Made by a program: the position numbers and the translations under genes | Notes under the pieces: model-generated | Told to the model about the DNA's origin: nothing | What the model saw: the letters and a program-made list of their open reading frames with translations, nothing else | The model's database searches: none | In this document: positions 21,476-32,912 of the stretch, one piece after another | Numbering within the stretch: the stretch's first letter is position 1 | Layout of the letters: the number at the start of each line of letters is the position of its first letter | Assembly (NCBI GenBank): GCA_965216565.1 | Contig: OZ244170.1 | Span: forward strand, 2,464,001-2,528,000 | Length of the DNA: 64,000 nucleotides | Direction: 5' to 3' | Source of the DNA: Bythopirellula sp. | Lineage (GTDB): Bacteria > Planctomycetota > Planctomycetia > Pirellulales > Lacipirellulaceae

Positions 21476-22111
21476 TTATCGGTGACGACGAAACCCTGCG
21501 ATTGCTAGCCCTCCACCGGCCAGCAGGCACAATGCCATCGTGGAAGGCTCGGGGATGATGCCGGTTAGCACTCGCACGTGGTCGCCGGGAGAACCTGCTC
21601 CGCCGGTGAATAGCAATCTCGTTGGCATTCCAGGTGCGGGCAGGACGGAATCGATTCCTCCATCCTCAGGGCCAATAGCCGGACTGACGCTGTAGGTGGT
21701 GGTGTCGGACCCCAGCAGAGGTGCCGTTGCGTTGAGGGCTGCGGGTGTGCCAAGAATTGCCACGATGCGATGATCGAAGTCGACGTGCCCGATCACGGAC
21801 GAACCCTGATTGGGATCGAATACAACATAGTGACTAAAGATGATCGAACCGGCAGGCAGCACTCGTTCGGGGCTCACAGGAAGTGGATCGGTGAGCACGA
21901 CGCGTTGCTGTTCGTCGAAGCCGATGAGGTTGGGCGACTGAAAAGTGTCGGGGCCAGCCTCAGTGGGCGGACTGCCGAGCAGTTCGAACACGCCGCCAGA
22001 AGTACCGCCAATAACATCGCCGCTGAGTATCGCAGCATGCGAAAGCGTGGTTTGCCAAGCGACACTCGCCACAGCGAGCGCGCACAGGGAGCGCAAGGTT
22101 GTCGTGCTCAT
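21476..22111 (-). CDS. PEP-CTERM protein
   Basis: Signal peptide; IPEPST plus TM and RRHR tail. Confidence 0.85.
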   Translation of the reverse strand: MSTTTLRSLCALAVASVAWQTTLSHAAILSGDVIGGTSGGVFELLGSPPTEAGPDTFQSPNLIGFDEQQRVVLTDPLPVSPERVLPAGSIIFSHYVVFDPNQGSSVIGHVDFDHRIVAILGTPAALNATAPLLGSDTTTYSVSPAIGPEDGGIDSVLPAPGMPTRLLFTGGAGSPGDHVRVLTGIIPEPSTMALCLLAGGGLAIAGFRRHR

Positions 22112-22775
22112 GAGATCATCTCCGTTCCAATGTTGAAAAGGGCGTTCCTAAAAGAACGCGTACTTCTGATACAACACCAACCGGGAGCGTGAAGTTTCGC
22201 AAGATTCGGCGTTATTTTTTAGAAGCGAATGTCATTTCAATATTGAGTTGTCTGAATGTCCCCTGAAGCGAGTCGTTCTGCCACTTCGAGGTCCGCCGAG
22301 GAAACTAGTTGAATCCCTCAGCCGACCTCGGGAAGACAATTGCTGACGTATTTGAATGGCAAACTGATGTCTCAGAAGATTTTCAATCACCTCCGAAACT
22401 TGTGAGCAGAGGCGGGGTTTCAGGAGAAGGCCAACTTTTAGATTGGCTAGTGGGGGCACCGAGGGAGATTGGAATAGGGAGTTGCAGGATGGCTTCGCTC
22501 GTCAGGCGATTGTCGCAGTCGCCGGCTTTCAACTTGCTTGTTGTTCTGACCGTGATCGGTCTGCTGATGCTGGTGCGGCTGGACGGAAGCAGCGATCGGT
22601 TCTCTCTATTTGGCATTCAGCAAGAAATTCGCCAAACGGGGATGGACGCTCCATTGCCAGATTAGCGGGGCAGGGGGGCCCTGCGTTGTACGCCGCGGCG
22701 CGTGAACTGAGGCAACGCGGCTGGGTGAATCGTCCGCTATTTTCCTAAGTCTGCGGGTAAAGCTATAATCGGACA

Positions 22776-23804
22776 GTGCGATTCCTTGTCCCTTTGCTTT
22801 TCTGCCGATTCATGGTTTGTGCTTGCCCGAAATCTCTACGACGTACACTTTGGCAGGCGTTTACAATCGTCGAACTGCTGGTTGTCATAGCCATCATTGG
22901 CATCTTGGTGTCCCTATTACTTCCCGCTGTACAGTCGGCCCGTGAAGCAGCGCGGCGGATCCAGTGCGGAAATCATCTGAAGCAGATTGGGATTGCCCTG
23001 CTGGAATTTGAAGCCAGCAAGGGGCATCTGCCGGCTGCAGGAGATCATGGAACATTGCCACAATCTGATATGGGAGGGCGCGGCTACTACCATTGCGGTT
23101 GGGGGGTGAATGTTGGGAACTGGGCCACGCATATTCTGCCCTACCTGGAACAACAAGCCGCTTACGATCAACTCAATTTCAACGCAGTCTGGCAAATGCT
23201 CGACGACGGCAATGTGAGAGTGCTGCAAATGCCGATGCCGTGGTATCAGTGCCCTAGTGATCCGTACCCAGGTTTGACTCGGCCTGAGAGCTTTCACTCT
23301 GAGCAACACAAGTCGAGAATCATGCACTACTTTGCGGTGGCTGGACCCTTTCGGCATGCCGAACCGCTACACGAGCCGGAGCGGAAGTGCAACACGGCCG
23401 ATTGCTGCCCGCACTTGGGGCCATTTTACAACGATTCGAACACCCGCCTGCAGCAGATTACTGATGGGTTGTCGCACACTGCCTTCGTGTCAGAAGTGTG
23501 GGCCCGTCATGCGCCATTCCATGATTCCGAAAAAACGAGTCGCGGCATTGGCTGGCATAATCAAACTTACTATGTCGACGTTCCTAATGCCCGAATTCAC
23601 TGCCCTGGTGGTGACGAAGATTGTGCCCATACGTGGAATCCCAATAGTTTTCATCCCGGTGGAATCCATGCTCTGTTTGGCGATGGCGGAGTTCGCTTTA
23701 TCGCGAACGACATTGAGCTGACCGTGTTCCAAACGTTTGCCACGATCGATGGCGATGACCATCTCATCGATCGGTTGAGAGACAAGTTGGCTGCGGGTTG
23801 GTAA
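22776..23804 (+). CDS. DUF1559 prepilin-type N-terminal cleavage protein
   Basis: AFTIVELLVVIAIIGILVSLLLPAVQSAREAARR, ITDGLSHT and SFHPGG...FGDGGVRF; start uncertain. Confidence 0.92.
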   Translation: MRFLVPLLFCRFMVCACPKSLRRTLWQAFTIVELLVVIAIIGILVSLLLPAVQSAREAARRIQCGNHLKQIGIALLEFEASKGHLPAAGDHGTLPQSDMGGRGYYHCGWGVNVGNWATHILPYLEQQAAYDQLNFNAVWQMLDDGNVRVLQMPMPWYQCPSDPYPGLTRPESFHSEQHKSRIMHYFAVAGPFRHAEPLHEPERKCNTADCCPHLGPFYNDSNTRLQQITDGLSHTAFVSEVWARHAPFHDSEKTSRGIGWHNQTYYVDVPNARIHCPGGDEDCAHTWNPNSFHPGGIHALFGDGGVRFIANDIELTVFQTFATIDGDDHLIDRLRDKLAAGW

Positions 23805-23812
23805 CCGGTGGC

Positions 23813-25753
23813 TCAAATACCGCTCTCCCGTCGGTTGCTCGCCTCACCGTCTCGGTAGCAAATGCATAACAGCCCGAGCGAGGCCATTAGCCACGCCTTG
23901 GGTTCTGGAACTGTCGTCGCAATTGCCGCGACCGGCTCGCTACGGCCGAATTGTTGCTGCCAAAACAGGAAGTCCAGGCCACTCGAGATACCATCCTGAT
24001 CGGCGTCCGAGCCTGGCCCGCCATAGTCGGTTTCCCACTTCAATAGGTCATCGTTATCAACCGTGCCATCATCGTCGAAGTCCGCCAAGAGATCGGTCGT
24101 TAGCCGCAGCGTGCTCACACTATATGCGGGCATTTCGTAGAGGAAAGCATTCACCAAATTGATAGGGACCGCGCCCAACGAAACGGGGGCAGCACTAGCG
24201 TCGGTGAGCTGAAATATCTCGGCGGAGTTGTACTGCTGCCCGTCGGTCACCTGGATGGCGGCGTCAAGAGGGCTGTCGGTCCTGTTAATGGCTACAACGA
24301 TCATCTCGTTGGGATTCTCTGTCGAATGGCTCGCGTAGACAGACGATTGGGCGATGTCGTCGGTGTCGGCGGTTAAGGAAAGATCGCCAAAGCGGCCACC
24401 GGTGCCATCGAAGTCGGTAAACATTTCAAACCCCGCAGCGACGTACTGCGAATTGGCCACGCTGGCAAAGGGCCACCAAGCCGCGTTGTAGACGCCTTCG
24501 CGACCGAAGATGCCCAGCACGTCGGCCTGTGCGATGCCGCCGGATATATGGTTCCCACCGCCGTAGTTGTATTCGGAAACAGAGATCAACGTGCCGGGGC
24601 GAAGCTCGTCGATGTCTGCCTGCACACGATTCAAGAGCTCGACGCCTTCGTGGTTTCCCGCGCCGCTATAGTCGAATGTTTTGAACTGTGTGATGTAACT
24701 GTCTTCGATATAAGTAGGGTCCCACAAAGAACGCGGGGCTTGCACGCGGGCTTCGATGAGTTCCGGTGTTAAGGCGGGCTGGCCGACAATGCGGACGCCA
24801 CCCCCTTGGGCCTCGGGGTACCAGTGCAAATCGAGTACGTCCATCAGCGTGCGGCCTTGTTGCAGTTCCTCGGCCGCCATGGTTTCTAACAGCCAGCGGT
24901 TGAAGTGCAGGCCATCCGCCGGACGCGGCTCGGGCACCTGCTGATCCAAATCGGGAGCGCCGTTGAGCGACTCCATAGCATCCCAACCGAAAGTGACACC
25001 CCCCAAGACCTTCGCCTGGGGTGCGACATCTTTGATGGCTGACGCATGTGCGATGGCCTTCGAGGCATACTCGGCAAACGTGGGGTTCGTCGTGCCGAAT
25101 AGGCGAGGGTGGGTGTTGTCCCACAAGCCAGGCTCATTGTCTAAGGAATACAAGACTTCCTGGTTGCTCTGCCGATTGGCTTCCACCCAGTTGACATACT
25201 CGTCTGTAAAAACGTAGTTGTCGTTTTCGTTGGGCGTTAGACTGAGCGATTGGCCTGGATAGATCGTCGACTTCTTGGCTTCCACTTCGTACCAACGCGA
25301 AGAAGGCGCGGTTTCCCCCGGGAATACCTCCAGGTTGGCGTCAGCAGAAACATACCCGGCAATCGGCACGGTGACCGTGGTCGCTCCGCCTAACGCTAAG
25401 TTTTCTTGTAGCGTAGGCAAGACAGCTTGCCCTGGCGGCGTATTTTGTTGGCCGTTAACCAAGAAGGTATCGTTGTAATTGAAGAAGTCTTCGCCGGCGT
25501 TGGAATTGTTCGTTTCCCAGTTGTAACCGGTCCAACGATTGCCGCCTAAGCGGATGCCTTGCACGCCAGAGGGACGCAGGTCTCCGTTGATACTGTAGAT
25601 CAGGGGCGAAATCGGTAAACTGCTGCCCGTGGCGTCGATGGTAAAAGCGACATCACCAGTTCCAGGATCATCGGGGACGATCGCCCCAACCGGCGTGGCC
25701 GTTACCGACAAGATTAGGTAAGAAAAGCTGGTTGCTAAAAAGATTCGCATCAT
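23813..25753 (-). CDS. Glycoside hydrolase family 44-like protein with PEP-CTERM
   Basis: RLGGNRWTGYNWE, LDNEP, DLHWYPE and SEYNYGG motifs; dockerin-like DFDDDG repeat; VPEP tail. Confidence 0.85.
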   Translation of the reverse strand: MMRIFLATSFSYLILSVTATPVGAIVPDDPGTGDVAFTIDATGSSLPISPLIYSINGDLRPSGVQGIRLGGNRWTGYNWETNNSNAGEDFFNYNDTFLVNGQQNTPPGQAVLPTLQENLALGGATTVTVPIAGYVSADANLEVFPGETAPSSRWYEVEAKKSTIYPGQSLSLTPNENDNYVFTDEYVNWVEANRQSNQEVLYSLDNEPGLWDNTHPRLFGTTNPTFAEYASKAIAHASAIKDVAPQAKVLGGVTFGWDAMESLNGAPDLDQQVPEPRPADGLHFNRWLLETMAAEELQQGRTLMDVLDLHWYPEAQGGGVRIVGQPALTPELIEARVQAPRSLWDPTYIEDSYITQFKTFDYSGAGNHEGVELLNRVQADIDELRPGTLISVSEYNYGGGNHISGGIAQADVLGIFGREGVYNAAWWPFASVANSQYVAAGFEMFTDFDGTGGRFGDLSLTADTDDIAQSSVYASHSTENPNEMIVVAINRTDSPLDAAIQVTDGQQYNSAEIFQLTDASAAPVSLGAVPINLVNAFLYEMPAYSVSTLRLTTDLLADFDDDGTVDNDDLLKWETDYGGPGSDADQDGISSGLDFLFWQQQFGRSEPVAAIATTVPEPKAWLMASLGLLCICYRDGEASNRRESGI

Positions 25754-26399
25754 TTGCTCCTTCTCGTTCCGGTTGCGAATTAGCAAAGAATCGTCGTTAT
25801 CGTCGAGTTGTTCTGAATGATCTCCTTTGTGGAAACAATTAGATGTGACGCTCGAATATCTGTTCGCCCATCATAACGGAAAGGCGGCTAGTAAAGCGAG
25901 AGAAAAGAGTGCGAGCGTGTATCGTTTAGATTCCTGGTTTGGTCGATACTACGAAAATCCATCGTCGGGAATTTTCACGCTGAACGCACGAAGCCAATTC
26001 CGCAAAGTGCATTGGTCTTACTCTCCGCGGGGGCTAGCACGCCTGAGTTCTATGCCTCACCTCAGCGTTTCACGCTTGTGCCGCTTAGCCGGAAAGCCCA
26101 TGTGGCAAATGAGGGTCATTCATTGGTTAGTTACGAAAATCTGAAAAATGCCACAGCCGTGCACTCTAGCACTTCTTAATCTGCGTGCGACTGATGCAGC
26201 CGACGCGAGTTTAAGTGATGTCTTTTGCTGGTGGAGTCACGCTCGATCAGCGAGCCAATGCGGCTTCTTTCAAACATTCCTCTGATTTCTGTGGGAAACC
26301 CCAAAAATCGACCGTATACTAGGCCCAGCAAATAGTCGAGTGGAACGCGACTGAGAATGATGGCCAGTGCATCAAGACACCCCCTAATCGGAGTTCTCA

Positions 26400-29300
26400 G
26401 TGAATCTAACTTGTCAACAACGGTCGAGACGATCCAATCGTACCGCATTCAGCAAGAACCATCTTCGAGTTCAGAGAACACTGCTGACAATAGCCGTTTC
26501 TATTTTGCATTTTGTTCCCGCGCAGGGCACAACCACCTGGACCAATGCGGGCATTGTCAAAAACTTTTGGGACTTTGCCGACAACTGGTCGGCTGGGATT
26601 CCTGATGGGGCGGATATCGTGACGTTTCCCAACCCCTTTCCGGGCACGGGCACCATCACTCTACTCAGTTCGCAGTCAGCCGATTCTTTGGACTTCAACG
26701 ATGGTGGCTACACGCTAACCGGCGGTACATTAACGCTCACGTCGGGGAACATCTCGGTTGACTCTTCTGGTGATACCGTAACTTTTGAAACGCCGTTGTT
26801 CGGAACTGCAGGTCTCACCAAGACCGGGGCGGGGCACCTCAACCTCCAGAGTGCGAGTAATTATTCGGGCAACACCACAGTTAGCCAAGGCTTTCTCGAT
26901 CTGAGCGATGCATCGCAACTGATCCCGACACTCTCAGAGGTCTCGATTTCCTCGGGCGCTGAACTGCGATTCTTCTCTGGCACGGCAACCGAAACTATCG
27001 GCTCGCTCGCCGGTGCAGGCAAGATAGTCTTCGGCAACATCGACGCTGGCGGCACCGATCTAAGGGTGGGTGCCAACAATAGCAGTACCACGTTTTCGGG
27101 AAATATTTCAGATAACTTCGGCGGCTCCGGCAAGCTGACGAAGATCGGCAGCGGCGTGCTGACCCTATCCGGCACTAACAGTTACCTCGGCGGGACGGTC
27201 GTGTCCGATGGCACACTCCAGGTCAGCAGTTCGAACCTGCCAGTGGGATTTGGCGTTGAGAACAATAGTCTCTTGACGTTCAACCAGAACTTCAGCGGAA
27301 CATTCTCCGGCGGTATATCCGGCAACGGAGCTGTCACTAAAGCGGGTAGCGGAACTCTCACTCTTTCCGGTACCAATTCATATTCAGCAGGGACGATCCT
27401 GAGTGGAGGGACACTTTCAATTTCCAACGACGACAACTTGGGCGCCGATTCGGGCACAGTGTTTTTTGACGGTGGGACGTTGAACGTGAGTGGTGGATCG
27501 CCTGTTAATTTTCCCGGCGCTCGGCATTTTCAGGTGGAAAGCGGCTCGGATGCCGAGCTTAATGTCTCAAGCGGTACGTCCGTTAACTTATATGGCGGGA
27601 TTTCTGGCGATGGGGGGCTAGTGAAGGAGGGCACGGGGGTATTGCGGCTTCGATCAGACGCACTTTCTCATACTCCATCCACCTATTCTGGGCCGACGAC
27701 GATCAATGCAGGTTTCTTAAGGGTAAGAAGGGATGATAGTGTCCCAGGTATAACAGACTTGATTCCCGACCAGAGCGACGTCACGGTTGCGTTTAATGCC
27801 GGGTTCGGAGTTTTCGGTCTCACGGACTTTGGTTTTCCATTCGGTTATACCGAAACTATTGGCTCACTAAGTGGATCTGGGGTTGTTGTATTCGATGGAA
27901 GCAGTGGCAATCACCTCCGCGTCGGTGCCAACAATAGTTCCACGACCTTTGCCGGAAACATCATTGAGATTATTGGCTTGGGTTCTGGAAAGCTGACCAA
28001 GATCGGCACAGGCACGCTAGCGCTCACTGGCAACAATGCTTACTCCGAAGGCACCGAGATTTCCGCCGGGGCTCTCGAAGTGGACACCGACAGCCTGCCC
28101 GCGGCCGGCGGCGTGGTGAACAACAGCCTCTTGACGTTCAACCAAGGCTCCAACTCGACCTATGCGGGGGTGATCTCCGGCAGCGGCGCCGTGGCCAAGA
28201 CGGGCAGCGGCACGTTGACGCTCGACCAGGTCAACACTTACACCAATAGTACTCTGCTAACGGAAGGAACGCTGGCGATCTCCGACGACGACAACCTGGG
28301 CGCTGACACCGCACCGGTTTTCTTCGACGGTGGGACGCTCCGTGCGACGGGAGCCTCAGGGTACTCACTAGCCCCTGACCGCTCACTCGTATCTGTGAAT
28401 GGAGCCGACGTTGTGGTGGAAACCCAAGTCTCTGGAGCGCTAGGTGTGAGAGGAGCAATCAGCGGAGCCGGGGGCTTAGTTATCAATAGCAACCAGGGCA
28501 ACTCGGTGATTCTGTCAAACTCCGCATCAAATTATGCAGGCAACACGACTGTGAACGCTGGAGCTGCACTACTTGCGTCCAAGCAAGATGGCAACGATGA
28601 AGTGCTTCCCAATACGACGGACGTAACACTCAATGGCCTAGACGCTCAACTTTGGCTGGTACTCGGAATCACGGAGACTATTGATGGACTCAACGGATCT
28701 GCGAACACCCGTGTCGATTTCTTCTCCAGTTCCAACAATCACCTCATCCTTGGTGCGGACAACGGCAATGGAATATTCGAAGGCAGAATCTTTAGCCAGA
28801 ATACTCTCCATGACGGCCGACTGACGAAGATTGGCACCGGAAACCAGGTGCTCACTGGCAACAACAACTACACCGGTGGCACGACGGTCTCCGGAGGCAC
28901 TCTGACAATTAACACCAACAGCCTGCCCTCAGCGGGTGGCGTGGTGAACAATAACAGCCTGGTATTTGGACAGGACTTCGACGGGACTTACACTGGCGTC
29001 ATTGGCGGCACGGGTGCCGTCACCAAGTCGGGCGCGGGCGTGTTGGCACTCACTGGCGACAACACCTATCCCGGCGGCACAACGGTTGTTGCGGGCACAC
29101 TGCTGGCCAATAACGTTTTAGGTGGTTCGTCCACTGGGTCTGGCCAAGTTACCGTGGGCTTTGGTGGCACCTTTGGCGGCAATGGCGTGAGTAGCGGAAC
29201 GGCAGTCATCCAAGTCGGCGGTACGCTAGCGCCGGGCGCTTCGGTCGGGCGACTACTGGTCGGCGCAGTCCAGTTCAATACCGGTTCGACCCTAGAGATA

Positions 29301-29828
29301 GAAATTTCGGGCGATGGCGGTGCCCCGGGAGTGGATTTCGACCAACTAATCGTCTTTGGCTCGGCAACGCTTGGCGGGAGCTTGACAATAGATCTTGTTG
29401 ATAGTTTTCTCCCTAGCCACTCCGACACGTTCGAGATTCTAGACTCGGCTACGCTCAGCGGCGTGTTTGGCAACGTCCTCGACGGCGGGCGGCTCGACAC
29501 AAGTGGAGGTGAAGGGTCGTTTTTGGTCAGTTACAACAGTACGTCCAACAGCGTCGTGCTTTCCGAGTTTTTGGTCCCTGTGAACGGAGATTACGACGGT
29601 GACAACGACGTCGATGGCATCGACTTTCTGTTTTGGCAACGGGGTGAGTCTCCCAATCCGTTGACGGCCAACGATCTGGCAGTCTGGGAGACGAACTACG
29701 GGATGACATTTCCTCTAGCCGGTGCCACAACACAAGTGCCTGAGCCGACGACACTGATCATATCGCTGCTCGGCTGCTTTGTGGTGGGCACTACTCGCCA
29801 TGATCGACATTGGACAATTACCTACTAG
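26400..29828 (+). CDS. Autotransporter-associated beta-strand repeat protein with PEP-CTERM
   Basis: Repeated LTKxGxGxLTLxGxNxYxGxT units; GDYDGDNDVDGIDFL; VPEPTT tail. Confidence 0.9.
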   Translation: MNLTCQQRSRRSNRTAFSKNHLRVQRTLLTIAVSILHFVPAQGTTTWTNAGIVKNFWDFADNWSAGIPDGADIVTFPNPFPGTGTITLLSSQSADSLDFNDGGYTLTGGTLTLTSGNISVDSSGDTVTFETPLFGTAGLTKTGAGHLNLQSASNYSGNTTVSQGFLDLSDASQLIPTLSEVSISSGAELRFFSGTATETIGSLAGAGKIVFGNIDAGGTDLRVGANNSSTTFSGNISDNFGGSGKLTKIGSGVLTLSGTNSYLGGTVVSDGTLQVSSSNLPVGFGVENNSLLTFNQNFSGTFSGGISGNGAVTKAGSGTLTLSGTNSYSAGTILSGGTLSISNDDNLGADSGTVFFDGGTLNVSGGSPVNFPGARHFQVESGSDAELNVSSGTSVNLYGGISGDGGLVKEGTGVLRLRSDALSHTPSTYSGPTTINAGFLRVRRDDSVPGITDLIPDQSDVTVAFNAGFGVFGLTDFGFPFGYTETIGSLSGSGVVVFDGSSGNHLRVGANNSSTTFAGNIIEIIGLGSGKLTKIGTGTLALTGNNAYSEGTEISAGALEVDTDSLPAAGGVVNNSLLTFNQGSNSTYAGVISGSGAVAKTGSGTLTLDQVNTYTNSTLLTEGTLAISDDDNLGADTAPVFFDGGTLRATGASGYSLAPDRSLVSVNGADVVVETQVSGALGVRGAISGAGGLVINSNQGNSVILSNSASNYAGNTTVNAGAALLASKQDGNDEVLPNTTDVTLNGLDAQLWLVLGITETIDGLNGSANTRVDFFSSSNNHLILGADNGNGIFEGRIFSQNTLHDGRLTKIGTGNQVLTGNNNYTGGTTVSGGTLTINTNSLPSAGGVVNNNSLVFGQDFDGTYTGVIGGTGAVTKSGAGVLALTGDNTYPGGTTVVAGTLLANNVLGGSSTGSGQVTVGFGGTFGGNGVSSGTAVIQVGGTLAPGASVGRLLVGAVQFNTGSTLEIEISGDGGAPGVDFDQLIVFGSATLGGSLTIDLVDSFLPSHSDTFEILDSATLSGVFGNVLDGGRLDTSGGEGSFLVSYNSTSNSVVLSEFLVPVNGDYDGDNDVDGIDFLFWQRGESPNPLTANDLAVWETNYGMTFPLAGATTQVPEPTTLIISLLGCFVVGTTRHDRHWTITY

Positions 29829-30359
29829 GTTGCATTTAACGAGCCAGAGCGGCAGCCTAACCGCCCCGAGGTAGCTTGGTTACCAAGAAGCAAGCTGGCC
29901 GATCGGTTCTCGATTCTGTGGCACTTATTCAAAGCGTCGAACGCACTACTCGATAGGTACGAGTTCGCCACACCGAAGACTTATTGCCGCTACGCGAACT
30001 GAACGAAGTTGGCCTCGCCGCCCTCTAAATTCCAACTCGCTTACCTGCACCGGTGCAATAAACCGACGCAGTCCATGGATTTCAGTTCGTGCGTTCGGCG
30101 TGAAACGCTAAGGCAGGTTGGGCACTTCCCTAGTGCCCAAGAAGGCATCGACCTTACGCTTGAAAGTCAGGCGACTTCCGAGCCCCAAGGGATGCATCGG
30201 CGCAGCGTTAGACACTCACTTACGCGTGCAAGATGTGACCCTACAGAGACAGAATCAAAAACTCTTGATTCTGTAGTCAGCCACATCAGTCGGTTACATC
30301 GGCTGCAGTGAAATAGAGGTGGTCATCCAGATTTAGAAAGCAGTTTCTAAATTCGGAGA

Positions 30360-30557
30360 TCAGGCAACTTGAACGTTCTCAGCACAGGGGCCTTTTTGTC
30401 CCATTGCTTCGTTGAACGTAACTCTTTGGCCTTCACTTAGGTCATCAAAGCTACAGCCTTCGACACTGGACGAATGAAAGAACAAGTCCTTGTCGCTACC
30501 AACGTCAATAAAGCCAAAACCCTTGTCCGTGATCTTCTTAATCGTACCTTCAGCCAT
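30360..30557 (-). CDS. Cold-shock domain protein
   Basis: KGFGFI (RNP1), DLFFH (RNP2) and KGPCAENV. Confidence 0.95.
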   Translation of the reverse strand: MAEGTIKKITDKGFGFIDVGSDKDLFFHSSSVEGCSFDDLSEGQRVTFNEAMGQKGPCAENVQVA

Positions 30558-30675
30558 TTGTTCACTTCCCAATTAATCATTCATTTGGCGATGCCGGGCA
30601 CACATTGCTCCAGACTGCTCCGCCTTGGTTAGATAGCCATTCTAGCCGACTTCCAGGGAGCATGAAAGCTATAAA

Positions 30676-32682
30676 CTAGAGCGGAGGCGGGTCGCGGCGT
30701 GGGGGGCGTTGGCGGGGCGTAGGGTTACGAGGCGGGCGGGGCCGGCCGTTGTTATTATTGTTTGCTACCTGCCTGGGATCGGGGACGAACGTATAGCTTT
30801 CCGTCCATTTCCAGCCCAGGGGCGCTCGCAACTCGCGATCCGCCAGATACGCCCAGGGCGTGCCTTCGTGTTCGGTTTTGACACGCTCAAGTAACTCGGT
30901 TGCCTGTGCAGCCGTCTTTTCCAGGCTGCTGTTGGCATACTCAGTGCCGGTACGCAGAATCCAGGTGTTGTTTTTCTCTTTTTTGAATGCCATGCCTTGC
31001 TTGGCCAGGGCGAGCATCGTGTTGTAACCGTCCGTACGAACCTTCGTGGCCAGCGCGCGACCCAAAGCCAGATCGTAACCCGCCTGCCAGCGAGCATCTT
31101 TGAGCGAATCGCGGCCCTCTTCGCCACTGAGCAGAAGCTGACAAATGCGATCGATTTGTGGCTTGCGAATTGCTGCAGATCGCTGTGCCGTAGTGAGACT
31201 ACTAGCCAGCGATGCTTCGTCCCGCTTGACGAACCGCATGCGGATGTCTTCCATTTGTGTAGTCCAAGAAAGCTCTGCCGCCTCCATCAATGCTCGGCGC
31301 GCGGCGTTAGACCGCACGTGTTCGAGGTACTCGTTGGACGAAACATAATCGGGTTGATACCGTCGCATATTCTCGGGATCGAAAAACACGGTAAAGTGGG
31401 CAGCCAAATTGCTGGTCTCGCGCCGCGACACGGTGCCCTTGGTCTTGCGATTGGGATGGGCGGCAAAATAAAGACCGCCTGTTTCGTAACACAAACGCGT
31501 GAGACCGTAGGGGCCAAAACCAGAGTCGAGCATTTCTTCGTCCCGCTGCGATCCAAAGAACTGCAACCGCAAACGCTCGGGCATCAATGACTCGGGCCCC
31601 ATGCTCACCGGCACTTGCTGCGGGCGTTGGTCGAATCGGGGATCGGGGTCGACCCATTTCACGTAGGCTTGCCGTCGTCCGAACGGGGCAGGGCGGCCCA
31701 CCACGTACACGGGCATGGCCAAGGTGCGGCACAGATGAACCGTTTCGTCGAGTTGCGCTACATCGTCGCCCGCTTCGTCCGTGAAGACGATGATCATGAC
31801 GTTGCGTGCGCCTTGACGCGAAGATCGATAGCTGCGGAATTTGTCGGCCGTCCAAGCGATTGCTTGAAAAACGTTTTCCACGGGCGTCTCGGCATCGCTA
31901 ATCGAACCGACTGCGGCCTTGATCTGTTTCACATCGTCGGTAGCTTTTTTGGTGAGCAACGTGGGCGTGGCGGCAAAGCCGACGACCGCGGTCAGCAGTG
32001 GCTTGTCCTTATGCTGCTGGAAGGCGGGGATCTTAGCTGCTTCGATCACTCCGAGCTGATCGTAAATTGTATCGAACCGTGCGAGCACCCGTTCGCGTTC
32101 CTCCCGCATACTGCCCGATTGATCGAAAAGCCACACCACTAAGGTCGCCTGCTGCTCCACCGAATCGAGAATCTCGTGCGTCAGCCGGTCGATGGCTCCC
32201 ACCGCACCGGTCGTGCCGACGTGGCTCATCCCCTGCACGGGCAAATCGTTGCTGACCTCGGGTCCGTCGAAGATAGGCTCGTCGACTTCGATGGCCATGC
32301 GATCGCCGAAGTCGGTGAGATCTTCGGGCTCGTAGATCACCAACGATTGTTCAGCCGCAACACTGGCTAAGGCCTGGGCCGAGTCGAAGCCGCCCTGACT
32401 GAGGGCGCCGTATTCTTCCATCGCTTCGTCGGAGGACAGAAACTCTTGCGGCAATGGATCGACTTCTTCCGGCAGCTCCAGGTCATCGTAGACCAAGGCG
32501 AGATCCTCAGTATTTCGCGGCAACGCAAAGGTGACGGCTGCCAGCAGAATCAGCAGGCCCAAATGCAACGTGAGGCTCATGAGCCAAGCGCCCACGTCCG
32601 CAACGAAGCTTTTGGCTGGCGTTTCTTCCGCATCCGCAGAAACGGGATTGGCAGCAGCAAGGCTACGCACCTCATGGGCCAT
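30676..32682 (-). CDS. Membrane-anchored vWA domain protein
   Basis: SLTLH TM anchor, MIDAS DQSGSM and IVFTDE. Confidence 0.85.
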   Translation of the reverse strand: MAHEVRSLAAANPVSADAEETPAKSFVADVGAWLMSLTLHLGLLILLAAVTFALPRNTEDLALVYDDLELPEEVDPLPQEFLSSDEAMEEYGALSQGGFDSAQALASVAAEQSLVIYEPEDLTDFGDRMAIEVDEPIFDGPEVSNDLPVQGMSHVGTTGAVGAIDRLTHEILDSVEQQATLVVWLFDQSGSMREERERVLARFDTIYDQLGVIEAAKIPAFQQHKDKPLLTAVVGFAATPTLLTKKATDDVKQIKAAVGSISDAETPVENVFQAIAWTADKFRSYRSSRQGARNVMIIVFTDEAGDDVAQLDETVHLCRTLAMPVYVVGRPAPFGRRQAYVKWVDPDPRFDQRPQQVPVSMGPESLMPERLRLQFFGSQRDEEMLDSGFGPYGLTRLCYETGGLYFAAHPNRKTKGTVSRRETSNLAAHFTVFFDPENMRRYQPDYVSSNEYLEHVRSNAARRALMEAAELSWTTQMEDIRMRFVKRDEASLASSLTTAQRSAAIRKPQIDRICQLLLSGEEGRDSLKDARWQAGYDLALGRALATKVRTDGYNTMLALAKQGMAFKKEKNNTWILRTGTEYANSSLEKTAAQATELLERVKTEHEGTPWAYLADRELRAPLGWKWTESYTFVPDPRQVANNNNNGRPRPPRNPTPRQRPPRRDPPPL

Positions 32683-32912
32683 GCGAGCACCTAGAGAATT
32701 TGTTCCGATTAGGTCGACTCAGTCGCGTCGACGACATCTCTATTTTCGCCCATGACTACCAGAGAAGCAAGGCTTGGTGACGAACGGCGGAGAAGAATAA
32801 ATCTCTCGTGCCGAGAATTTGTCCTCGTGTTATCATGGAAGTAACGGGGAAAGTCATCGAACCCGGAAAAAACGCAGGACTATTTGCAGTGCAATTTAGG
32901 TACGAAGAATTC

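Noticed and set aside
22309..22665. 118-aa plus-strand ORF
   Set aside because: It starts within a palindromic repeat. A shorter TM peptide from 22489 is possible but unsupported.
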